Assembly (NCBI GenBank): GCA_000708835.1
Contig: DF237488.1
Location: 1 to 59,639, forward strand
From: Klebsormidium nitens
Taxonomy: Eukaryota > Plantae > Klebsormidiophyceae
DNA: 59,639 nt
Reading direction: 5' to 3'
The position numbers were made by a program, and so were the translations under genes. The notes beneath the pieces were generated by a model. It saw nothing but the letters and a program-made list of their open reading frames with translations. It was not told the origin of the DNA and did not search any database. Each line of letters opens with the position of its first letter. Positions within the stretch are counted from its first letter, which is position 1. This document shows positions 1 through 11,106 of the stretch, piece by piece.

Positions 1-1396
1 TCACTGAGTCTTGGAAATAGGTAAAGAGTCACGACTTTGTACCGGGGGGTCCGGCCGGAAATTAATCGATTATTTGTTCCGGCGGAGATCACCAACCGGG
101 AGCAAAGAGTAACACATATCCGATTTAGCAACCGCTTCAAGCTGAGCTTAGCTGACGCGGCAATCGGATTGCATCTGGTCAAAAGTTTTCCCGCTCAAGC
201 TCAGCTCAGCCAATCGCACGTCAGAAACAGAAAGACTGCCAAGGCTGGTAAAACTTTAAGTTTAAGTGGTCATGCAAAGATTCTAGAAGCAAGACCAGAG
301 ATGTTCTAGAAGGCGATGATACATGATATATATGTATAAGGGAGAGGGCGCCATAAAGTAGTGGGTATCAGCGGGCTGAGTTCCCGGAATAGTCCCCGGT
401 ATGGCTGTCACGAGAGATCTGCTAGCTCCTAGTGCACCGCGGATCGCAAAGCCTTGCCAGGTGATGATCATACCCTCATGCGCGGAAGCGCTCTGGTTCT
501 GACAATGGTGCGTTCTTCTGAGATTGTGACAAGTCTGCGCCACATCTTGGCCGATACAGAACGGCTGGTTTGACAGGACGCCACCCTTTCTGTATCTTGT
601 GGATTGATCAGTGAAAGTGGTTCACATCTACTGGTAAAGCTGAGTTGCGAAGTCAGACTTGCTTTATGAGTGCTTTGGTCCGCTTGAACTTGCGGTGCTA
701 AACAGGCTCCTGACACAAGCTCAATCCGCACCACAATATATGCAGGGTTACACCTCATTCAGCTCTTTTGAGAACTCTGTTAATCAAGCATTCAATGGTG
801 TGTCATGATTGTTCTTGAAGGGAAGCCGTCATTCAGGTGATGTCACACTATCAGAGGAGCGGTGCTTTGGAGCTTGTCTAGATTGTTCAGAGGCGGTTGC
901 GGTCAATGCAAAGCTAACGCTGAATGGCTCCGTTGATTGGTCTGCAGAGACCACGCCGCTCACAGAGGATGGCAGTTTCTGCTAGCCGGGCAGAGATGGA
1001 GGACACCTCGAATGCTGTCATTGCAACAATCCAAGACATCCTTCTGAGGGAGAAGTAAGTAGAGCCAAGCAGCATAGCATCCTTTTTCTTCTAAATTATT
1101 GCTACTCCCCCATTTGTTGGTGACTTTGCATGGTCCTAATGGCTTCTTTCATATGGACTTTGATGGACAGATAGAGTTGAAGGATGGACATTTTTAGTTG
1201 ATTGCTTGCACAGGGCAAGGCGGATCGGATCAAGGTGGTCCGATCACCAGCACTAAAGAAAAGCTTTTGGCACGCCTGCATGGTGTACCCAATGCAAGAT
1301 GAGGTCAGCTCGTTCATCTCCTGCATAATGGGTAAGGCCTGGAGCCTGGTCCTTGTTGGCTCACTTTTTGACCATGCATATCCTTGTTTTTTGCAG

Positions 1397-1877
1397 GGAG
1401 AGTCAAAGCATCGACACAAGCATGCTCCAACTCCTCAGCGCGAATCCTAGCCTAGCGGACTTCATACTGGAATCCCTGGTCCAGGAACCCCTCCAGACGT
1501 CCGCATCGGTCCAGTCCACATCTTCCACAAGCTCAACATGTTCCGAGAATTCAGAATCCGACTACAGCTGCGGCTGTGAGGAGGAAAGCTCCTATTCTAG
1601 TGTAGATTCAGTGTCTGCGGGTGAGAATTCGTTCACATCGGACAGGTATAGACGAGATGCTTCGAAACTAGATAGCGAGAGAGCGCTCGAGTTTCTAGAG
1701 ATAGCACGTGACCGCTTGCAACAGAGCGAGTATGCAGCTCTTTTCGAATCGTTTTGCAGCTTCAATGAGAGAGAGGTTACGGAAGAGATGGAGGGGAGGA
1801 TCTGGGCATTGGTCAATCTGGATCGTGAGGTCACTCTTAGATTTCAAACGCTTTTTCCATCTTTACCAAGAATGTAG
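1397..1877 (+). CDS. Probable terminal exon of a small protein with a Ser/acidic tract and a C-terminal PAH (paired amphipathic helix, Sin3-like) domain; 5' exons unresolved
   Basis: ORF 1353-1877 contains ALEFLEIARDRLQQSEYAALFESFCSF...IWALVNLDREVTLRFQTLFP, which fits the PAH helix pattern (AxxFLxxVKxxF...Y..F...L....L...F..FLP). A ttgcag acceptor ends at 1396. Confidence 0.4.
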
Positions 1878-3721
1878 ACATTGCTTACGTACATAATTGT
1901 TGACAGGTGACTATAGATAGCTCGCACAAAGATGCCAAATGTCAATAGATAAGTGAGACAAATAGAATAAGCAGTACAATCCATTTGATATGAAAGATGG
2001 TGCCATGCTTAGGCACATTGATGTTGCACTAGCTAGGAGCTTGACAATTGGATGTAAGCAATGTTGGTGGTTGTTAATCAACAGACAAGATTGAGCAACA
2101 ATCGAAAATGATTGAAAATAGTGTAGCAATGAAAGAAACTAGTGATATCAGACACGTAAGACAAGTTACCCCTGCCAACGTGCTCAGCTCCTAAAGTTTC
2201 AAAGTATTGGTGGCTTACGAAGTTTCAAGTTGGATGTTCAAGTTGCACGTACTCGACTTCGCTACAGCTCCTTCTACACTCCACACGTCACGTAGCATCA
2301 CGTACTTGCATGCGTGGTTGTTACAAGTTGCCTAATCAAGGTCCGAAGGTAGACGTAATTGAGATGTACTGAGTAGGTATTATTGTTGGCTGAAAGGTAA
2401 CAGTCAGAGCGCCTCACGATCCCAGTCGCAAGCCCAGAGTTGTCAACAAGCACGCGGTGCAGCTTAGTAGCTGGCTTCGATCAAGCATGTGCCATATTAT
2501 GCTGTTGGCATTACTGATTATATAATTCTGGAACGAGGCAGCATCCTCGCGCCTATGATTGTCGGAATGATGGCCGGTACATCATTAGAGCTCTCGTCCG
2601 CCTTTTCAGAACATCAGTGAGCGTCATGCAACATATATACACGGGCAGGAGCTGTTCAACTTATGCCCTCATTGCATGGTTGACAAGTCTCAATAACTTG
2701 CCGGGCCCATGAAAGCTGCCCAGCCATGAGGGCCGCCAGTACTTAGCAGTGAGGAAAACAGCACTGCGCCTATAGCTGGCTCACACGCTGATATAATCGA
2801 TCATCGTAATTGCTTCGTCCCCCGAGACTGACGTTATGTTGGCGACGTGCTAACTTCCGTTTATTGGGACTGTCTTAGCCGGATAGTGGCCCCGTCCCTG
2901 AAAGACGCCTGCCAAGGGGACCCACTCCCTCAAGCCAAGGGGACGCGTCGCCGCCCTGGTCACCCCCCCGACCCAGTCCCGGGGACGTCTCCTTCAGACC
3001 CCGCCACAAACTGGACGCAAAAACAGGAATACTATCAGTCATGAAAGAAGATTGGGTCTGCTCAACCCAGTTGGGACCGGCAGAACATGGCACGCACTAA
3101 CGTCTGGTATAACGCCTGGCTTCCTCAATCGTACAATGTAGCCCTCCCTTCCCGAGCCGCTTCAGACAGGGTCACAACGTTCTGAAGCCCAGCGTACTGA
3201 TCGCTCCAAGATACCCGCCCATATTTTATGAGGCCAAGCAAGGATGGCAGTGATTGAAAATCCACCTCCTGACATCAGATTCTGTGTGCGATGTCCTGCC
3301 TCTTCCGACGACTAAACAGGTTGTTGAACGACTTAAGTGCTGCACATTGAGCTGGGAGATCCCTCGTATTCATCCAGATCTATGCAGGATCACACGTCAG
3401 TTCTCGTCAACAGAAGAGGGGACTCGGATTCATCAGCAAGGGCAGGAGTTGGTTGACCTTCCCCGTCTTTTTAGCGGGGCGCTTAAGCCCCCTGAAAACG
3501 AAGAGCTCCATACCAATTTCGAAGCTTCTTCTTGCGGTAAATTGAGAATCACGAAAGGAAAGGAAGGTGCCGTGCAACGCACATCCGGACCTCGGATTGG
3601 GTTATTTATGCCAGGGACCCGGGTCAGGATTAACAAGAAACAAGATGCTTATTTCCTACCGCGCCCACTTTCCCGGCGACGAGAACTGTTGAGAAGCACG
3701 TTGAAAGAAACGAAGACAAAG

Positions 3722-6700
3722 TCACGCGCTCGCACTCACCAGCGCGCCCACTTTTTCGTACGCCAGCATGACGTCGGCGTCCTCCTCATCCTCGTAGCCG
3801 ACCTGCGAAACCAAGAGCAGAGCCGACCAGTTAGACGTGACAGACGTCGAGTACTCCCCTTTTTTCACCTCCCCCTTTGCCCTCCCTCTCCTTCTCTATC
3901 CTCTTTTCCCTCGTTTTCTGCCGCTCCAGTAATCCCTTCCTGCCCTTCCGCAAGCAGAGGCATCCGTCGTGATAAGCAGCCATCGGTCTCCCTTTGGCAA
4001 TGCCTGGTGCAAACCGCAGCAGCAACCAAAGTCCGCAATCTGGAATTTGCGAGGTAATTCCACGCAGTAGCTTCAACCAGCACAAGCAACTCAGTTGTCC
4101 CTAAGACCGATAGTCTGGACCTCGGAGTGCATATCATTGTGCCCAAGGAAGATTCCTTTCTTTATAAACGGCCGCCTACGGAACGCACCAACAGATCCCT
4201 GCAGCGGCCCCGTTCTTCCTGTATTGCCGAGCGGATGACACGCAAGCCGTCTACTGACGGACCCAACAAAAACTCTCAAAAGGATTCGCGTTCCCTCTAC
4301 CTGAGAACTCTGTGCACTTTTAGACCACATCGCGCAGCCCTGACATTCGTGGAGGACAGAAAGCAATGCAATCAAGTTAGAAACAACCAACCCTGCGCCT
4401 GCGACGCTCAAAAGCAGCCCGAGCCCCCAGGACTTCTAGTCCGTCAAGTCGACCAATACGACCGTTGAGTCGAGGCTTTTACGACCGCTGGTTCAGACCT
4501 TCTCTTGACGGTTGCTCCACCACAAATTGACAACTGTCCAGTTGCAGAACAGAGTTCCTACCTGCAAGATTCGGTGCGCGTTGGCCTGCCACAGCGCGCG
4601 CCGGCCGGCCTCGATTGCCGCCACCAGATACAGGGCCTCCGCGACCGCGACCTTCACGCCACTGTCCAGCTCTGGCCGCCGGGGTTTCGCGAGAGGCCCC
4701 GCCAGGGAGGGTGGCATCTTTTCCAGGTCCTCTTTCGAAAAAGGCTGCAAAGGAGATGTAAGTCCACTTTGGTGCAACTAGATAACATAAGGAGATGTAA
4801 GTCCGCTTTGGTGCAACTGAATAACATAATCTACTACATATGAAAGGGGTCTAGCTGCGGTCGCCGGGGCTTCGGGAAGGCCCCGCCAACCAGGGGGGCA
4901 TCTTTTCGAGGTCCTCGTTTTGGGAAAGGCTGCAGGATGCGGCGTAGTTCTGTGTTAACCAAGTCCGTATCGGTTGAGTACGTGTTGATTCTGAGGAGTG
5001 CAAGAAATTGGACTGCTCTGTCAGGTTCAAAAAGGTCTAGCTACGGTCGACGGGGCTTGGCGAGAGGCCTCGCCAGGAAGGGGGGCATCTTTTCGAGATC
5101 CTCTTTTGAGAAAGGCTGCAGGATGCGGCGTAACTCCGTCATAAATACGTCGGTGTTGGTTGAGTGCGTGTTGGTTCTGAGTAGAAGGGTGCAAGAGATT
5201 GTGATGCTCTGTCAGGATGTAAAAAGGTCTAGCTACCGTCGCCGGGGCTTGGCGAGAGGCCCCGTGAGAAAAGGAGGCATCTTTTCCAGGTCCTCCTTTC
5301 AGAAAGGCTGCGAAACGCGGCGTAGATTCGTTAAGAAAAAGGCTGCAAGAAGCTGGTATGCTTTACTAAGTGTGAAAGGCGTATAGCTGTTGCAGGGCAG
5401 GCCCTGTGAGGGGGGGCGGCATGTTTTCGAGGTCCTCTTTCGAGAAAGGCTCCCAAAAGTTGAGCACTTTTCTGTTACGTCTCCGAAGCGACGTCGTTTT
5501 TCCCAGAAGGGCTGCGACTACAAATAGGTTCATGTTGCTTCTGAATCTTCTTCTGCAACGAAGCAGACAAACCTCAAAGATTCCAACGGCTGAAGGTTTG
5601 GTTAGAGGCCCCCGCCAAAGAAGGGGGCAACGTTTCTAGGTCGTGTTTCGAGAAAAAGCAGCGAAACCGAAATTGTCTCCTGTGAGGAAGCGAGGTAGTT
5701 CTTTAAGAAGGGCTGCAAATACGGATCAAGTCGTGTTGCTCCTAACACGAATACCGCAAGAGAGAAGGTGCTTCTAATCCTTCTGGTGGGAGTGGGCTTC
5801 ATTCGCCGGGGCTCCGTCAGAGGCTTGGCATCAATTCAAGGTCCTCGTTTGATAAGGGTTTTACATGCGGCGCCAAACGTGCTGGTTCTCAGAAAAAAGA
5901 CGTTGGTTCTCAGAAAGGGTGCAAGACGATATAGGCTTAACCATCTGTCGAAAGGGTCCGGATGCGGTGGCCAGGGTTTCCAGAGATCCTTGATACCAGG
6001 AAAGGCTTTACTTTGATTAAACAACGAATGCGAGGGATCATTTGATGACAGAAAGAATACCACGACACCTTGCTTTCAGGCCAATACAATCCTTACCTTC
6101 GAACCGGGCGAGAGGGAGCAGCAGCGCTGACATCAGGACCACGCACGAAAGCAATCTAAGCTGAACGCTCAAAAGACAGCTTGCTTCGACTTCTCGAATC
6201 TTGGATCGTCCAAAGAACGTAAGGAAACCAACCGAAAGCGAGGAATGAAGAAAGACAAGGGAGGAAAGAAGGTCGCTTCTCCTGTGAAACGGCCCCTCAC
6301 CTTGGATCCCGCTAGAGGCAGCAGCAGCGCTGGCAGCAGGACGTCCGAGAGGCGCAGCAGGGAGAACATGTTGGACCCCGCGTCGAAACAGCAGTTGCGG
6401 AGCGCGTTTGCAACCTGCCGGGCACGGGAAACATTGCGGGCGTGAATAGATGGTAAGCAAGGTTTGCGGTTGGGAGCCGGGTTTCAGTCTAGAAAATGTG
6501 GACGATAAGACCCGGTGCGAATCCTGCAAGGGGCTGAGCGTCAGGAGTCTCATCGATCGAATGTTGGGGTTCAATGTTCGGGTTTGCATCAGTGCGAAGG
6601 TGAGGGTGACCGAGGCGCAAAACTGAACCTGTCGACGGCGAGAGGGTCTGAGAAGTTCATTACAAGAATGCCCTTCTAAAACAACGTTAATATCGCACAC

Positions 6701-8998
6701 GCGCATTCGGCCGCCGCCTACCATTCACAATTATTCGCGGACTCGTTGACATCGATTTTCAAAGGGAACGGGAGGACAACGAGAAAACGGACGGCTCTTT
6801 TCGAACACTGTGCAACATCGTCGGAGCGATGTTGACAGATGATTGCACCCCTTGTTTTGGGACACGGTATCCGATTGGCTCGGCAGCAACATGTGATTAA
6901 GCACGACACGATTGTGATTCCGTTTCCAACAAGGGTGATGGAAAAAGCAGTTGCAGAAATACAGAGCACGGCGGATTTCAAATGTCGAAATCAGGACGCA
7001 CCCCTTGTCGTCGTCGCACGTTCTGAGACTGTATTTGCGGCAGGACGTGTTTCAGCAGCGCCCGGGCAGGATCCAGCAGGATCGTGCGCCCCTCCTTGAC
7101 CTGGCTGACGTTCACCAGAACCGTCCCCACGTGTTCGTACACGTCATCATCCTCGGACCCCGAAGTCGCGGCGAATTCCTTGATCAGCTTTGTCAGGAAC
7201 AGGCCCTGAAGAGCCTCGTCGTTAACCTGCGAGGGTTAGCATGAAAAACAGGTTTGAGTCTTAGAGAGTGACGAAGAGAAACGAAGTTTTGAGATCCAGA
7301 AGATGGGGCGGATTCTGTGTGCCGTCCTTTCAGTGTAGTCAGAAGGAGGTCTGTTAAAGCGTCGTCACAAAGCTGCAAAATTCAGAGCAGTGCATTACCA
7401 GACTGACTTCAGGATCGTGGATTCGCAAGTAAGTGTCAACTACGGAGCAGTCCAATGGAAAGGCCCTGACAGGGTTGGCAAGAGTTCAAGGGTAGCACGA
7501 TTCCAGAGACGTCGGTAGGGGGCACTTCGTTGATCTTGTTCGACTTTCAAGGACAGTGCTTTTGAAATTGCGCTAAGAGGAGTGAGTCAAGATCTAAGAT
7601 AGGGCGTCCATCCGTACCTAAGCCTCCGGGGAACCCTTAATGACCCAAGCACGAACCATAGACTGCCGCCACGTTTTGTTTCCAATTTTGCTTGGTAACA
7701 TTTCGTGTTAAGCTTACTAACCTCGATGAGTTGTTTAAGATTCTGGTTTCCTCTGGTTCAGCTTCCAGAAAGACAAGCAGTGCAATGGACTTGAGAACCC
7801 CAATCGACTCTGCTTGTCGTGATTATGTCTCCAGGTAAAATGAAGACTCTGCTCCAATACACAAAGTCTCGCCTCCACTGTGACTTTGCACTCGAGTAGA
7901 GTATTTGACACCAGAACTGCTCTCACCTGTAACAGCGACCTAGCCCCTTCCTCCGTTTGTGTCAAGTTCGCCAGCAGCATCACCAGCAGATCGTTGTGCC
8001 CCCCCTCCTTTTCCACTAACCCTTGCATCGCCCGGCTAACCCCATTTTCCTTGACCGCGTTTTCCGCAAACCTAGGGTCCTGGGACAGGTTTACAAGAGC
8101 TGCGGCCGCAGGCTTTGAGACGTTGGGCGACGCGACGAGCAGTTTTAGGAGCGGTTTCAATAGCTTATCGGAAACGGATAGCAGCTGGTGCAGCCCCTGG
8201 TCACTTCCGGAAAGGCCTTGGACGATGTCGACGGCGCCTTTCCGTAACTGGGGGGAAACACGTGTCATTATTTGATTTCTGCTGGCGTGAGGGAAAGGTC
8301 AACTTGCTGGTTCATATCTGTTGTGTTGAATCAGAGCGGGAGGCTGAAATTGCTGGCCGTCTTTTGGTGAAACAAAGACATTTTGCAAGGGCACGTTTGA
8401 TCAAGATGGAACAAAAAACAACACCCTTTGATAAAGACGTCTTCCATTGATAAAGGCAAATCGAAAAAAACCCGTTGGGAAGGCAGACCAAAGACGGGCC
8501 GAATACAATGTTCTCACTGTCAGAGTCTTGAGCACCACCGGTATGGAGGAAGTCAGTCCGCCATATGCAACATTAGATAGCAATCTAACGAGCTTGCCCC
8601 CAAATTGTCTGTCAGCCCAAGGACTTTGGTGTCTGCCCAATCGTGATTTCTTACTTGCTAAGATTAGAACTTAAGGTGACCATGAGAAACAGGCTGTCCC
8701 AGTGCGCTGAGGTATTCTGGGTCAGTGCAGTATTCTGGCAGAGTGGTGATCAGAAGGCCCGGTCAGTCCATCATCAATCTGATGTTTTGCGTTCCCGAAA
8801 TTGTTAACATCTCCGCCAGCAAAAGAAGAAACTGCACATTCAGGAGCGTTCTCCCCACACTGTTATATGATTCAGAAGCAGAAGCACACGCAAGGAAGAA
8901 AGCACTTGGATATGCGAACAGGTTCGAAAGCCAAGAGAAGATACCTCTGGTCGTGGAGACGACAGGAAATCCACAAGTTCCTCCAGCTCAGTCGGCAT
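3722..8998 (-). CDS. HGH1: HGH1 (eEF2 co-chaperone, ARM-like repeats). Exons 8998-8945, 8247-7927, 7226-7002, 6414-6301, 4744-4562, 3802-3740; 3' end uncertain (read-through to TGA at 3722, or a further exon)
   Basis: All phase-0 GT-AG junctions give a continuous ~320 aa product: MPTELEELVDFLSSPRPE / AAAALVNLSQ / LLVMLLANLTQ / NALRNCCFD / LLPALLLPLAG / AGRRALWQANAHRILQVGYEDEEDADVMLAYEKVGAL. These motifs are typical of plant HGH1. Confidence 0.85.
4750..4827. repeat. Two-copy 39-bp tandem repeat directly upstream (on the - strand) of the HGH1 exon-5 acceptor
   Basis: aaggagatgtaagtccactttggtgcaactagataacat at 4750-4788, with a near-identical copy at 4789-4827. Confidence 0.95.
4848..6010 (-). 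repeat. Tandem array of degenerate copies of the HGH1 exon-5 acceptor plus the first ~80 nt of exon 5, inside intron 4 (~190-bp unit in the proximal part)
   Basis: Clear copies at ~4848-4929, 5035-5115 and 5227-5307, each preceded by (t/c)gcag. Fainter copies at ~5400-5450, 5600-5660, 5800-5850 and 5950-6010. They translate to PFSKEDLEKMPP..PLAKPRRP-like peptides with stops or frameshifts. The spacers between proximal copies also resemble each other. Confidence 0.9.
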
Positions 8999-10267
8999 TG
9001 TGGAGGTCGGCACCAATGCTGTGGCCCCTTCTGGCAGCAGTGTCAGAGCCCGTTTGTGTCTCGAAAGGACAAGCTGTGATTTGTGAAACACGAACCTGCA
9101 ACAATGAGTGGACAGAATGACCAGAATAACCAAATAACTTGTAATATCGACTTCAGGACCGGGTGACCAGCTTCTGCAGCTTGGGCTTTCAAACTTTCAA
9201 GAGAACTTCAAACGAATTTAGAAGCCTACCTAAGTCCTGGTCCTAAGCTAGAGAGAATGGACAGGGCTACAGATCTCCCTAGCCTTAAAGTGGGCGTCTG
9301 CGACGCGTACCCCCTTGCCGCCGTCACAGCTTAACGGCACTGTCGGCAGACGGGACGTCAAACCGAACGGTGAGATCTGCAACTCAAGAAGTCATCGGAC
9401 GGCCTTCAACCTGTTCCAGTGCACATCTTGACGAGTATGCCCGACGGATGCCGGGCCGGCTCACGGACGCTCGAATCGACGACCAGATTGCTCCGGTGGT
9501 CAATCGGACGTTGATGGCCCCAGTACTGCGACAGTAACGTCAACAGAGCCCCACGGTACGGTACTTCAGGTACCACGGTTCACGATTCAGCGTCATCCTA
9601 CGTCACAACTTTTTGAGAACAAAAAGTAAAGCGGTAAAAGTGAGGCAAAACTTGCTTTCCACAGATTTGAGCCGGAGGCTATCGAGTCGGACTTCGGCTT
9701 AGACCTGCGCGCTAGCCACCTAGGCCATTGTCGTGCCCCACGGCAGCCCCGGGCCAAAAATTGTCCGCGGTAAATGGGTTTTATACCCCGACGCCCACTT
9801 TAACTTTAAGGCTAGGCTCTAGCTGTCCTGAGGCGAGGATCTGGATTTTAGCTTCCTTCTCGAAGGTTTCAGCGTCAGAGGCACCGTTTCTTGAGCCCAC
9901 AGCAAACAGAGTACCAGACAATGCGGCATGTCGAAGAGTATTTCCACAGGCCACCGGCACCGTTTCCAGGCAGGAAGCGCACCGTTGCCGAAGACGAACT
10001 TACTCAGGCTTTGATGAAGTTCGATCAGCATGATGATGATGCATGATGCAGTGTGCACACGTAGAAACCGAGAAAGTCTCCGCTCAGTATGGAGACTCGA
10101 GAGCTACCTAGTAGATCCCTCGGGGGCCGCCTTCCGGCTGCTACTCAGAGTCAAGCAAAGTTATGTTTTTGCCCGGTTCTTTTAGCCGGGCGGGTCGGAA
10201 GAGAAGCTCAGAACCAGGAATCATTGCAATTTGCAGCTGCATCATTGCAATTGCTGAACTTCTAGGT

Positions 10268-10649
10268 CAATGTTCGTGGCGAAACTAATTCTTTTCGCCA
10301 ATTTGATTTTCGCCAGATTTTTGCCATTTAGTGTCTGGGAAGGGAATTTCGCCGGCCTGGCGAAAATGGTCAGGCCGTCAGCCAGTTCTTACATGCTCGG
10401 GTGCTCCCACCCGCTTTGACGAATCTTAACCCTGCTCAGAACCCCGTACTTTACCTTTGCCATGTACATTTTCAATTGACTCTCCAGAGACAACGAAAAA
10501 ATTTGGTCGGTACAAGAAGTTTTGTTGCCGGGACACTCTACCGGCCACAACTGCCGCTGGGATTTTCGCCATTAGTGTCATTTTCGCCAATTAGTGTCTG
10601 GGAGCTCCTATTTAGTGTATTTCAAGATTTATTTTCGCCACGATCACTG
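10268..10649. mobile_element. 382-bp non-autonomous hAT-type DNA transposon (MITE)
   Basis: Imperfect 19-bp TIRs CAATGTTCGTGGCGAAACT and (reverse complement) CAGTGATCGTGGCGAAAAT. Perfect 8-bp TSD TTCTAGGT at 10260-10267 and 10650-10657. Many TTTTCGCCA and TTAGTGTC subterminal repeats. Confidence 0.85.
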
Positions 10650-11106
10650 TTCTAGGTACTACTACTAGGTACTAGAACTTCTAGGTACCTACACTATGCA
10701 GCATGCTGATGCCAATGCTTGGCGGGGGCAAAGGGCATTTGCTGTGTAACCTGTTAGGTGAAGGAGCGTGCAATGGCGCTGCATCGGAGCAACAAGGAAA
10801 ACGTGCATTTGCGTGTAAATTGAAATGGACAAGGTTTGTCATCCGCCGCTGAAAAGAAGCTAGGTCGATTAAAACTCGCCCAGAAAATCTCCTTGAAGGA
10901 CGTTCCAAAAGCTTTGACCAAAGCAGCCTACATTCTGGGGGAGGGGGATGTGGACCAGAAGACAAGAAGAGCTCAGGCTTAGCCTACGTACCTTGCAAAT
11001 ATTGGAGCTGTCAGCAGCAATTCAAGATACTGTTAGATGGTGGCACAACACTAAAATACGCCAGCAACTCCTGTATCGGCAGCAGCCCTGCAGAAAGTCA
11101 GCCAGG

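Noticed and set aside
2837-3120. Possible solo LTR with a PBS-like TGGTAT
   Set aside because: No TG...CA boundaries with TSD, and the match to a tRNA 3' end is poor.
3254-4057. 267-aa + strand ORF
   Set aside because: No recognisable motif; overlaps the HGH1 3' exon in antisense; non-ATG start.
4848-5307. Regular repeat-spacer look suggesting a CRISPR array
   Set aside because: Repeats are ~80-nt diverged exon copies and the spacers resemble each other; eukaryotic intron, no cas genes.
4937-5386. 149-aa + strand ORF with repeated GGIFSRSSFEKGC
   Set aside because: Antisense reading of the HGH1 pseudo-exon array.
8248-8944. HGH1 intron 1 donor GTATCT as a possible U12 intron
   Set aside because: Deviates from GTATCCTT, and there is no good TTCCTTRAY within 10-20 nt of the AG.
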